NCBI GenBank assembly: GCA_050613775.1
Contig: JBODTK010000115.1
Coordinates: 372,001 to 436,000, forward strand
Direction of reading: 5' to 3'
Origin: Neocallimastix sp. 'constans'
Lineage: Eukaryota
Length of the DNA: 64,000 nucleotides
Shown here: piece after piece, positions 12,499-25,718 of the stretch
How the letters are laid out: every line of letters starts with the position of its first letter
How positions within the stretch are numbered: position 1 is the stretch's first letter
Notes under the pieces: generated by a model
What the model saw: only the letters and a program-made list of their open reading frames with translations
Told to the model about the DNA's origin: nothing
Database searches by the model: none
Translations under genes and position numbers: made by a program

Positions 12499-13690
12499 AT
12501 TTTCTAATTGACTAATCTTAAATAATTTTAATAATATTAAATAATGTATCTATCATAAAATTTTTTTAAGTAATATATTATTTAATATTTTTAAATATTA
12601 TCTCATTATAATATTTAATGAATACTTAGAGTTTAAATAAATTATAAATATAAATAATATGAATTAAATATTATATTATTTATAAAAACATTTTCAAAAA
12701 CTATCATATTTATTCTAAATTATTTAGCTATTAATTTATATAAAATTACTGAAAATAAAATATATTGTAAATAAATAAAAATAAAAATAAAAATAAAAAT
12801 AAAAATAAAAATAAAAATAAAACATTTTTATTTATTATATATATATTTATGTGTTTTTAATATTTAGTATGAGATTTTTTTTTTACAATATTAATAATTT
12901 TTCATAAATTATTATTATTCCATTTATTCCATTATTATAATTTATCTATGTTATATTTATTCAATTAATGAAATCATTATAATTTTTAAATATATTTAAA
13001 TTTAGTTATAAAAATGATTAAATATTAATTTTAGTTCTCTGTAAATTTTAAAATATTTTATATGAATTTTTGCTTCTAATATTAAAGAATTATAATAAAA
13101 AATTAAAATAAAATACTATTAAATATAATTATAGTTAATAATTAAATATAATTTATAACTTCAATTTAATTGAAATATTTTTGTTATTAAAAGATGACAA
13201 CTAAAAATAATTTATATATAAATATAAAATGTATATATATATTTTAACATAAATTAATATTTTATTACTTTTTTTTTTTTTTGTTGTTGTTGTTTAAAAA
13301 TACAAATAAAAGAAGTTTATATCCAGATTTAATTAATTTATTTTGAGAAAATGAAATTAAATAGTTATTTTTATTCTTTTTATTTAATAATATTATGGTG
13401 AATAATTTTATTATGAAAATATAATTTAAACTTATGTAATATAAATTACATTTTACATTTTGTACAGTTTTAATTACAAGATACTTTTTTTTTTTTTTTT
13501 TTTTTTTTCAACTTATTTAAATTTTTAATATTGAATATTATAAATTTAAAAATAAAATAAAATAAAAAATAAAAGTAAAAATAAAGAAATATAAAAATAA
13601 AATAAAATAAAATAAAATAAAATAACTTTAGAATCTTATAAATAAAATAATAAGACACATATATATATGTCTTATTATATATATAAATTT

Positions 13691-13692
<2 letters not shown>

Positions 13693-13729
<37 letters not shown>

Positions 13730-14442
13730 GCCGCAATTATTGCGAACTTTAATCTTTATTTATTTATTCTTATAGAAAATACATGAATACTTTTAATTTT
13801 AATAAAAATAAAAAAAAACACAGAATTAATAAAAAAAATAAAAAAATTATTTGTCCAATTGAACATAAAAATAAAAGAAATAGTAATGTGAAATAAAAAG
13901 TAATAATCAAAAATAAGTGTATAAATAAATTCAGAAAAAAGTTCATATGCAACGAACCTCACCTCCTTATGGATTAGGGTTTGAATTGACTATCTGAAAG
14001 AAATTATGGTCTTCTCCTTCAGAGGCATTGGCCCTACTAGCCTGTCTTACTGCATTTTCAGCGTTGACGCTCCTGGTTAGTTTGCACTTATACTTTCGGA
14101 ATAGTAACCCTTGCCGAATACTAGCCCGAGGCATAATTTCTGTAAAGAGAGCCGCAGATCGCACCATGAACGGCATTTTTGAATAATCACTAGAAATAAT
14201 TTGGTTCTTAAACAAAATATTCCATTCCTTTTTATAATTTAAATCTATTATATCTGCATCCGTTCCACCAAGAAGAAAGTTATATAATTAGTACCACGTC
14301 ACGTATATATTTACACACTCATTATTCAGAAAATTACATAAATTACTACGATTTTCACCAATTGAACTATTCACAAAATTAGAAGTAACGATATTATAAT
14401 TTTCACTATCACTAATATTAGTATTTCTATTTTCACTATCAC
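13693..14442 (-). mobile_element. 5'-truncated LINE 3' fragment, family B, copy 3
   Basis: 750 bp with the same boundaries and TSD (13680-13692 and 14443-14455) as copies 1 and 2. Confidence 0.88.
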
Positions 14443-14479
14443 TATATAAATTTTAGTATTTATTAATTAGGATTTCTTT

Positions 14480-14524
<45 letters not shown>

Positions 14525-14602
14525 TCATTATTAATAATAAATATTTTAACAGAAAAAATAATTAATAAAATATTTAAATAAATAAAAATTTTATATAAGA
14601 TC

Positions 14603-14633
<31 letters not shown>

Positions 14634-15272
14634 AATAATATGAAAAAAAATAAATATATATATATATATATATAAATATTAAAAACTCATACAAATGAAA
14701 TTATTTTTTAATTATTTGTAAACTTTTTTTATTTTTAAAACTTTCATAAACGTTAGTTATGATTTAATGATTTTTATAATAAAAATTAAATATATTTAAA
14801 AATAACAATACATAAATTGAATAAATATAATATAGAATAATTATAATGAAATAATAAAATAAATATTAAATTAATAATTTAAGAAAAATTATTAGTATAG
14901 TGAAAAAATAAATCATACTAATTCTTTCAATAAAAAACACATAAATATAAATAAAATAAATAAAAAATTTTTATTTTTATTTTTATTTTCTTTTCTATTT
15001 TATTTATTTACAATATATTTTATTTACAATAATTTTATATAAATTAATAGCTAAATAATTTAGAATAAATATGATAGTTTTTGAAAATGTTTTTATAAAT
15101 AATATAATATTTAATTAATATTATTTATATTTATTTAAACTCTAAGTATTCATTAAATATTATAATGAGGTAATATTTAAAAATATTAAATAATATATTA
15201 CTTAAAAAAATTTTATGACAGATACATTATTTAATATTATTAAAATTATTTAAGATTAGTAAATAAGAAAAT

Positions 15273-15986
15273 TTACTGAATTTGAATAGAATGTTTATGT
15301 TCATTCTTTTGAGGTTCCATCTTTTTAAGAGTAACTTCTAAGACACCATTTTCCATTTTGGCTTGAATATTATTTATATCCGCATTTTCAGGAATACTAA
15401 ATGATCTTGAAAATTTACCATAACTACATTCTATTCTATTATATTTCTTATTGTTTTCTTCTTTTTTTGATTCTTTTTGTTCTTCTTTCATATTATCATT
15501 TTTAGTTTCATTTGGTTCTTCCTTTTTAGATTCGTTATTTTCTACTTTAGAGGATTCCTTATTAGATTTCTTATCAGAATTATCAATAATAGTTTCTCTT
15601 TCACCAGAAATAGTTAAAATACGTTCATCATCTGAAAGCTCCATTTTAACTTGATCTTTCTTCATACCTGGTAAATCAGCATGAATATAATAATTATTTT
15701 CATCTTCACTCAAATTAATCTTTGGACTGAAATCTACAGATTTGAATACATCACTATTGAATGTTTTAGAAATTTGATTTTCTAAAAACTTTACTGGATT
15801 ATAAGATAGACATGGATAAGGATATAAAGTAGGGAAAGTGATCAAAGGATGATTAAAAAATTCATTATCGAAAGCATGGTCGAAAGCATTATCGAAAGCA
15901 TTATCGAAATCATCGAAAAATGAATCTCTTAATAAAGAATTATTTCTTCTAATAGATAAAGGATGTTCGCGAATGAATAAAGACAT
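15273..15986 (-). CDS. Small heat-shock protein (Hsp20), copy 4, intronless
   Basis: Alpha-crystallin motifs; three (N/H)AFD units and the long charged loop variant. Confidence 0.96.
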   Translation of the reverse strand: MSLFIREHPLSIRRNNSLLRDSFFDDFDNAFDNAFDHAFDNEFFNHPLITFPTLYPYPCLSYNPVKFLENQISKTFNSDVFKSVDFSPKINLSEDENNYYIHADLPGMKKDQVKMELSDDERILTISGERETIIDNSDKKSNKESSKVENNESKKEEPNETKNDNMKEEQKESKKEENNKKYNRIECSYGKFSRSFSIPENADINNIQAKMENGVLEVTLKKMEPQKNEHKHSIQIQ

Positions 15987-17762
15987 TTTTACTATTTGAA
16001 ATATTATTGTTTGTTTTATAATTGTTTGTTTTATTAATTACTTTTTTTAGATTTGTTTTTTGTTTTATTATATTGTTTTTTAATAAGCGATTATATTATT
16101 ATTTTTTTTTATTTAAGCGTTTAATATTTTTAAATATTTATTATTTATATTTTTGAGTATAAAAATTAATGAAGAAAATAGTTTTATTCGAGGAAATGAA
16201 TGCTATTTATATTTTTTTTAAATCATATAAAAGATATAACATCTATTTCCTTTAAAAATAAAGTTTTCTAGCAATTTTTTTTAATGAAGCATGCATTGAT
16301 TATAAAAGAAAATTAAAACTCATTCACTTATATATAAGATATATAAGATAGAACTAATTAATTTCTACAAATTTCTACATTTTCTATTTTTTCTATATAT
16401 TTAATGTATTGTATTATTTCTACGTAAAATTATAATATAATTAATAAATAAAAAAATTATTTTAATTTCTATTTTAATTTCTACTATTTTATTTTTTTTT
16501 TTTTTTTTAACTTCCAGTATGTACCTCCCAAATTTTCATTATTTTGATAATTCTTTCTAAATTATAATTTTATAATTTATTTCATTATTTAATTAAAATT
16601 AATTTATTTAATATTTATTCAATTAATGTAAACTTTGGATTTTTTAAATATATTTAATGTTAGTTATAAAAAAATCAAAATAGATATATATTATTTAATT
16701 ATTTTACAATAAATAGTTTAATTATAAAGTATTATTGAAAGTTATATATTTTATACAATATAAATTACAAGGTACATTTATATATATATATATATATATA
16801 ATTTTTTGAAATATTTTCAATAATTACTTTCATAAATTTAAAAATGAAATTAAATAAAAAAAAAAAAAAGAAAAAAAAATAAAATATAAAAATAAATAAA
16901 ATTAAAAATATATTAAAATTTCAATAATTATAATTATAAAAATTATAACCAAGTTGCAATATATCTTATTAAATTTTTATTTTTATTATCTATTTATTAA
17001 TACATTAAAATGTTTATTTTTTAATTTTATATTTCTTTACTTAATTAACAAGAAAATATATATAAAACTTTATATCGTTTCATAATTAATAAACATATTT
17101 ATAACTAATATTGAATAAATTTTTAAAAAGAATTTCTTCAGTTTTTTTTTTTTTAAAGTTCTAATATATGATTGTAAATTTATTAATGGATTATTCATTA
17201 ATAAATTAAAATATTTTTCAAAATAAAAAATTTTAATATTAATTAAAATTCTCTTAATTTTATCCAATAGAAATTAAAATAGAAATTAAAAAAAAATTTT
17301 ATATTTATTAATTATATTATAATTTTACATAGAAATAATAAAATACATTAAATATATAGAAAAAATAGAAAATGTAGAAATTTGTAGAAATTAATTAGCT
17401 ATCTTATATATCTTATATACATGAATGAGTTTTAATTTTCTTTTATAATCAATGCATGCTTCATTAAAAAGAATTACTAGAAAACTTTATTTTTAAAGGA
17501 AATAGATATTATATCTTTTATATGATTTAAAAAAAATATAAATAGCATTCATTTCCTCGAATAAAATTATTTTCTTCATTAATTTTTATACTCAAAAATA
17601 TAAATAATAAATATTTTAAAATATTAAACGCTTAAATAAAAAAAAAAAAATAATATAATCGCTTATTAAAAAACAATATAATAAAACAAAAAACAAATCT
17701 AAAAAAAGTAATTAATAAAACAAACAATTATAAAACAAACAATAATATTTCAAATAGTAAAA

Positions 17763-18428
17763 ATGTCTTTATTCATTCGCGAACATCCTTTATCTATTAG
17801 AAGAAATAATTCTTTATTAAGAGATTCATTTTTCGATGATTTCGACCATGCTTTTGATAATGAATTTTTTAATCATCCTTTGATTACTTTCCCTACTTTA
17901 TATCCTTATCCATGTCTATCTTATAATCCAGTAAAGTCTTTAGAAAATCAAATCTCTAAGACATTCAATAGTGATGTATTCAAAACTGTAGATTTCAGTC
18001 CAAAGATTAATTTGAGTGAAGATGAAAATAATTATTATATTCATGCTGATTTACCAGGTATGAAGAAAGATCAAGTTAAAATGGAGCTTTCAGATGATGA
18101 ACGTATTTTAACTATTTCTGGTGAAAGAGAAACTATTATTGATAATTCTGATAAGAATTCTAAAAAGGAATCAAGTAAAGAAGAAAATAATAAAGAAAGT
18201 AATAAGGAAGATGCCAATGAAAATAAAGAATCAAAAAAAGAAGAAAATAATAAGAAATATAGTAGAATAGAATGTAGTTATGGTAAATTTTCAAGATCAT
18301 TTAGTATTCCTGAAAATGCGGATATAAATAATATTCAAGCCAAAATGGAAAATGGTGTCTTAGAAGTTACTCTTAAAAAGATGGAACCTCAAAAGAATGA
18401 ACATAAACATTCTATTCAAATTCAGTAA
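17763..18428 (+). CDS. Small heat-shock protein (Hsp20), copy 5, intronless
   Basis: Alpha-crystallin motifs; near-identical to the other copies. Confidence 0.96.
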   Translation: MSLFIREHPLSIRRNNSLLRDSFFDDFDHAFDNEFFNHPLITFPTLYPYPCLSYNPVKSLENQISKTFNSDVFKTVDFSPKINLSEDENNYYIHADLPGMKKDQVKMELSDDERILTISGERETIIDNSDKNSKKESSKEENNKESNKEDANENKESKKEENNKKYSRIECSYGKFSRSFSIPENADINNIQAKMENGVLEVTLKKMEPQKNEHKHSIQIQ

Positions 18429-18696
18429 ATTTTCTAATTGACTAATCTTAAATAATTTTAATAATATTAAATAATGTATCTATCATAAAATTTTTTTAAG
18501 TAATATATTATTTAATATTTTTAAATATTACCTCATTATAATATTTAATGAATACTTAGAGTTTAAATAAATATAAATAATATGAATTAAATATTATATT
18601 ATTTATAAAAACATTTTCAAAAACTATCATATTTATTCTAAATTATTTAGCTATTAATTTATATAAAATTACTGAAAATAAAATATATTGTAAATA

Positions 18697-18727
<31 letters not shown>

Positions 18728-19184
18728 TAAAAATAAAACATTTTTATTTATTATATATATATTTATCTGTTTTTAATATTTAGTATGAGATTTTTTTTTT
18801 GTAATATTAATAATATTTCATAAATTATTATTATTCCATTTATTTCATTAATATAATAATTAATCTATGTTATATTTAATCAATTTATGTAATCATAATT
18901 TTTAAATATATTTAAATTTAGTTATAAAAATGATTAAATATTAATTTTAGTTCTCTGTAAATTTCAAATTATTTTATATGAATTTTTGATCTAATATTAA
19001 AGAATTCTAATAAAAAATTAAAATAAAATACTATTAAATATAATAATAGTTAATAATTAAATAAAATTTATAACTTCAATTTAATTGAAATATTTTTGTT
19101 ATTAAAAGATGACAACTAAAAATATTTTATTATAAATATGAAATATATATGTATATATTTTAACATAAATTAATTAATATTTTA

Positions 19185-19235
<51 letters not shown>

Positions 19236-19877
19236 TTGTTGTTGTTGTTGTTGTTTAAAAATACAAATAAAAGAAGTTTATATCCAGATTTAATTAATTT
19301 ATTTTTAGAAAATGAAATTAAATAGTTATTTTTATTCTTTTTATTTAGAGAAAATGAAATTAAATAGTTATTTTTATTCTTTTTATTTAATAATATTATG
19401 GTGAATAAATTTATTATGAAAATAAAATTTAAATTTATGTAATATAACATTAAAATAAAATAAAAAAAAAAAAATAAAATAAATAGTAGAATATTAAATA
19501 TAAAGTACAGATTGAATAAAATAAAATAAAATAAAATAAAATAAAATAAAATAAAATAAAGAAAAATAAAATAAAATAATTATAAAAACCGTAAAAAAAA
19601 GTGCAATATAATTTTTAAAAACTTTTTTATTTTCTATTTCTTCATATATGAAATTATTTTTTTTTTTTAATTTTATAACTTTAGAATCTTATAAATAAAA
19701 TAACAAGACATATATATATATATGTCTTATTATATATATAAATTTTAGTATTGATTAATTAGGATTTCTTTAATTTTTTTTTTTTTTTTTTTTTTAAATT
19801 ATTATTATTAATAATAAATATTTTAACAGAAAAATAATTAATAAAATATTTAAATAAATAAAAATTTTATATAAGAT

Positions 19878-19924
<47 letters not shown>

Positions 19925-20250
19925 ATAAAAATAATATAAAATATATATATATATTAAAAACTCATACAAATGAAATTATTTTTTAATTATTTGTAAATTT
20001 TTTTTATTTTGAAACTTTCATAAACGTTAGCTATGATTTAATGATTTTTATAATAAAAATTAAATATATTTAAAAACAACAATACATAAATTGAATAAAT
20101 ATAATATAGAATAATTATAATGAAATAATAAAATAAATATTAAATTAATAATTTAAGAAAAATTATTAGTATAGTGAAAAAAAAATCATACTAATTCTTT
20201 CAATTAAAAACACAAATATAAATAAAATAAATAAAAAATTTTTATTTTTA

Positions 20251-20281
<31 letters not shown>

Positions 20282-20549
20282 TATTTACAATATATTTTAT
20301 TTACAATAATTTTATATAAATTAATAGCTAAATAATTTAGAATAAATATGATAGTTTTTGAAAATGTTTTTATAAATAATATAATATTTAATTCATATTA
20401 TTTATATTTATTTAAACTCTAAGTATTCATTAAATATTATAATGAGATAATATTTAAAAATATTAAATAATATATTACTTAAAAAAATTTTATGATAGAT
20501 ACATTATTTAATATTATTAAAATTATTTAAGATTAGTCAATTAGAAAAT

Positions 20550-21239
20550 TTACTGAATTTGAATAGAATGTTTATGTTCATTCTTTTGAGGTTCCATCTT
20601 TTTAAGAGTAACTTCTAAGACACCATTTTCCATTTTGGCTTGAATATTATTTATATCCGCATTTTCAGGAATACTAAATGATCTTGAAAATTTACCATAA
20701 CTACATTCTATTCTACTATATTTCTTATTGTTTTCTTCTTTTTTTGATTCTTTTTGTTCTTCTTTCATATTATCATTTTTAGTTTCATTTGGTTCTTCCT
20801 TTTTAGATTCGTTATTTTCTTCTTTAGATGAATCCTTATTAGATTTCTTATCAGAATCATCAATAATAGTTTCTCTTTCACCAGAAATAGTTAAAACACG
20901 TTCATCATCTGAAAGCTCCATTTTAACTTGATCTTTCTTCATACCTGGTAAATCAGCATGAATATAATAATTATTTTCATCTTCACTCAAATTAATCTTT
21001 GGACTGAAATCTACAGATTTGAATACATCACTATTGAATATTTTAGAAATTTGATTTTCTAAAGACTTTACTGGATTATAAGAAAGATATGGATAAGGAT
21101 ATAAAGTAGGGAAAGTGATCAAAGGATGATTAAAAAATTCATTATCGAAAGCATTATCGAAATCATCGAAAAATGAATCTCTTAATAAAGAATTATTTCT
21201 TCTAATAGATAAAGGATGTTCACGAATGAATAAAGACAT
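20550..21239 (-). CDS. Small heat-shock protein (Hsp20), copy 6, intronless
   Basis: Alpha-crystallin motifs; long charged loop variant. Confidence 0.96.
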   Translation of the reverse strand: MSLFIREHPLSIRRNNSLLRDSFFDDFDNAFDNEFFNHPLITFPTLYPYPYLSYNPVKSLENQISKIFNSDVFKSVDFSPKINLSEDENNYYIHADLPGMKKDQVKMELSDDERVLTISGERETIIDDSDKKSNKDSSKEENNESKKEEPNETKNDNMKEEQKESKKEENNKKYSRIECSYGKFSRSFSIPENADINNIQAKMENGVLEVTLKKMEPQKNEHKHSIQIQ

Positions 21240-22149
21240 TTTTATTATTTGAAATATTATTGTTTGTTTAAATTGTTTGTTTTATTAATTACTTTTTTTA
21301 GATTTGTTTTTTGTTTTATTATATTGTTTTTTAATAAGCGATTATATTATTTTTTTTTTTTTATTTAAGCGTTTAATATTTTTAAATATTTATTATTTAT
21401 ATTTTTGAGTATAAAAATTAATGAAGAAAATAGTTTTATTCGAGGAAATGAATGCTATTTATATTTTTTTTAAATCATATAAAAGATATAACATCTATTT
21501 CCTTTAAAAATAAAGTTTTCTAGTAATTTTTTTTAATGAAGCATGCATTGATTATAAAAGAAAATTAAAACTCATTCACTTATATATAAGATATTTAAGA
21601 TAGAACTAATTAATTTCTACAAATTTCTACATTTTCTATTTTTTCTATATATTTAATGTATTGTATTATTTCTACGTAAAATTATAATGTAATTAATAAA
21701 TATAAAAATTTTTTTTTAATTTCTATTTTAATTTCTATTGGATAAAATTAAGAGAATTTTAATTAATATTAAAATTTTTTATTTTGAAAAATTTATATTT
21801 ATTAAAAAATTATCCATTAATAAATTTACAATCATCATTAATCATCATTATAGAACTGAAAAAAAAAAAAAGTTAATAATTAGTTAAATATAATTATTTC
21901 ATATTTTATTTCATATTATTTTATTTTAATTAATTATTATAATTCTTCAATTCTTTACTATTAAAATCAAAAATTTATATAGAAAATTTTATAATTTACG
22001 TAAACAAAAGTTAATATTTAAATATTTTAAAACAAAAATCAAATATATTTAAAAATTGCAAAGAACTCATTAATTGAAATATGACATAGTTTAATTATAA
22101 TAAAATAATAAAATAAATTATTAAATAAAAATTTAGGAAAAATTAATTA

Positions 22150-22480
22150 AATACAGAAAATATGAGAGGTACACACCGGAAGTAAAAAAAAAAAAAAAAA
22201 AATTAAAATAGAAGAAATTAAAAAAAAAAATAAAAAATTTAAAAATTATTAATTATATTATAATTTTACGTAGAAATTATACATATTAAAAATATAGAAA
22301 AAAAAGAAAATGTAGAAATTTGTAGAAATTAATTAGTTCTATCTTATATATCTTATATATGATGTTATTTTATTTTATTTTTTTTTTTATAATCAATGCT
22401 TGCTTTAACTAAAATATTAAAAAACAATATAATAAAACAAAAAACAAACCTAAAAAAGGTAGTTAATAAAACAAACATTT
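22150..22480 (+). pseudogene. Degenerate sHSP promoter/5'UTR relic without coding sequence
   Basis: Diverged copy of the spacer end (GAGGTACACACCGGAAGT vs GAGGTACATACTGGAAGT), the AGAA cluster (about 22290-22345) and the 5'UTR (22420-22476). Similarity stops before the ATG. Confidence 0.75.
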
Positions 22481-23257
22481 ATTAATAATTTTTAACAAAA
22501 TAAAAAAAAAATTTTTTTTATTGGTATTTTTTTAATGAATCAAAATTAACCGACTTAATTAGGATTATGGTTGTTATATACTTCATTTAGAATTCCTTCT
22601 ATGAAATGATTTTTAGAAATGCTATTTATTAAAATTATTTTGATAATTATACCTATTTTTTTTTTTTTTTACAATTAATAAAATATTATTAAAAAAAAAA
22701 AAAGAAAGGAAAAGAAAGAAAAGAAATTTTAACACAAAATTTAAGTGTACTTATTTTAAATCATTTAATCTTATCTATTGGGAAGAAGGAATAGGTTAAT
22801 AAAATAATTAATGAATTATAAATTTATATATTAAAATATTACGTAATTTAGAAACTTTGAATACTTTTCCTATTACTAATTAATTATTATTAATTTTTAA
22901 ATGCTTATATATATATATATATATATATATCTATTTTATTTTATTTTTTTTTGTAGTTTTATTTTAGTTTTAATTGTCAGTATTATTTATATGTATGATT
23001 ATTATTTTTATTTATTTGTTTTAATAAGTTCATTTTTATTTTTTTTATTGTTATTTATAAAATATTGAATACCAATCTACTTATAAAACATAATACCTTT
23101 ATATATATATACATTAATTTAATGTTAAATGCGCTTTATATTATTATTAATTAATCAATTTTCTATAATTTTTTATTTATATTAATTTATATTATTTATT
23201 ATACATCATTTATTAACAAACAATATCACTTTATTAATAAATGATATAATTTTTTTT

Positions 23258-23841
23258 TTAACGGAATAACCAAATAATTAATAAAAATAAACAAACAGCA
23301 GTAACTGTTGCTAAAATTAATGTATTTCTTCTTTTCTTTCTTGAAATTTTTCCTATTAAATTATTTATAATTGGAAAACGAGCTATCATATATATATATA
23401 TATACATATACATATGTAATATCATTTTTTTTTTTTTTTTTTAATTTTAATTATATATTAAATTATATTAATAAAATTGATAATGAGTAATGATTTAATA
23501 AAATAAAATAAAATAAAATAAAATAAAATAAAATAAAATAAAAATAATAATAAAAAAGAATAAAAAAAAGTATAAATCAATTATTTAAATTTATTATATT
23601 ATATATATAAAAAAGTATTTATTTATTAGACTTACTAGTAATATTTGCCATTCTTGAATTAGTTCCACTAAGCATATGTCTTTGTTCGAGAAGTGAATTT
23701 CTTGTACTATAAGCTTGTCTTTTAATTATTAAATATTAATAACAACAACAACAACAATAACAATAATAATTAATTAATTAATTTAACAAAAATATTGATT
23801 TTCATAATAAATTAAAATAAAATAAAAAAAAAAAAAATTAG

Positions 23842-23932
<91 letters not shown>

Positions 23933-24991
23933 ATTATTTATAAACATTATACATTGAACTTAAAAATTATTATTATTAATATTTACTCTAAAACCATATC
24001 AGCCATTCTATTTGATTCATCAATTCTTCCTCTTTCATTTAATAAATATTCTTCATTACTTTTGAAAGTTCTTTTAAATATAATTCATATCAAATAAATA
24101 AAATAAATTTCATTGTTAATTTATTTTATAATAGAAAATGTTTTTTTCTTAATTTTTATTTTATTTTATTTTATTTTATTTTTTTTTATTAATTCTTTTT
24201 GGAATATTGTTTCTTACCTAACTTCATTCTTCATTGAATTCATTAATTCGTTATATTCATTTTTTTGAACATAGTTATTCTATTATATAATAAATTAATA
24301 AATAAAAATATTTCAATACATTAATTAATATTTTGTAATTTTTTTAAATAACAAATTTCATTTAAAATTTATTATAATATAAATTATAATTATAAATTAT
24401 TAATATAATAATAATAAATCAATAAAATGTCAATTTACTTTGTACTTTTTATAATCTTTTGAGTAGTCATAATACATATCTCTATGTCTTTGTAAAAAGT
24501 GTATCATTGAATTATTCTGTGGATTTAACTCAATTTGTTTTGCCATATTATCTATTATATTTTGTAACTTTATTTTTATGTTGCATTTTGTTTTTAAAAT
24601 ATAAAATTATTTTAATTTGTTATTTATTATTTTTATTTTTTAAATTAAATATTAAAAAGTTTAGGAATTAAAAATTATATAAAATATTATTGGGATATAT
24701 ATATATATATATAAATATTAGTATATAAATATATATATATATATATATAAAACATTATCAGAAATTTACTTTCATTAATGTAGAATCAATTTCTCTATCA
24801 AGGGCATCAATAGAATAGTGTGATTTATCCATTGAATCATCTATATTAATTGTAACAGCATTTGTAGATTGAGAAGATATTAATTTTGAAAACGTTATAA
24901 TTTTTCCATCAATTTCATTTTCTAACATACGGGCCTTTCTATTTAATTCTTCCCAAGATAAATCATCCGTATTTGGTATTGGTGCGTACAT
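23258..24991 (-). CDS. GOS1: Golgi SNARE Gos1/GOSR1 (about 6 exons)
   Basis: N-terminal SWEELNRKARMLENEIDGKI. The last exon RFPIINNLIGKISRKKRRNTLILATVTAVCLFLLIIWLFR* is the SNARE end plus tail anchor. GT-AG introns. Confidence 0.9.
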
Positions 24992-25718
24992 CTTTGAATT
25001 TTATATTTTTAGGTTGATAATATTTTTTTTATAATGAAATAATAAATTTATATGTTTATGTTTATATATAGTGTTGTTTATTATTTATTTATTTATTTAT
25101 ATTTCCTTTATTTATTTATTTTTTTTTTTCCAAAGAAATTTCTTATTTTCAATACTTTTATTTTTTATTTTTATTTATTTATTTATTTATGTAATTGAAT
25201 TATATTATATATTATATATATATATTTATTTTTTTTTTTTTATTTTTTTAAATAAATTATTATTTAATATCCTAATAAATAAAAAAAAGTTTGTTATACA
25301 TGTGTATCTTTTCTTAATATATGACTTTTCTTTATATATATATATTTATATATATATTTTTTTAATTGGTATTTGGAGATTAGTTTTTTATTTTTTTATT
25401 ATTATTATTATTTTTTTTTTTATTTAAAAAAACTTTTAAATTATTTTTAAAAAAATTTTATGCTTAATTATAATTATAAATTTTTTAATATAAAAAAAAA
25501 ATTTTTTTATAGGTATGAAAAAATAAAAAAAAATTAAATAGAATAAAATTAAAATTAAATAAAATTATTTATTTTATTATTATTATTTATTTTATTATTA
25601 TTATTTATTATTATTATTATTATTTTTTTTATAAATTTCAGAATAATCAATTGATTATTATAAAAAGAAAATTCTTTATTTTTATTTTATATAAATATAT
25701 ATATTTTATAAAGAGAAA

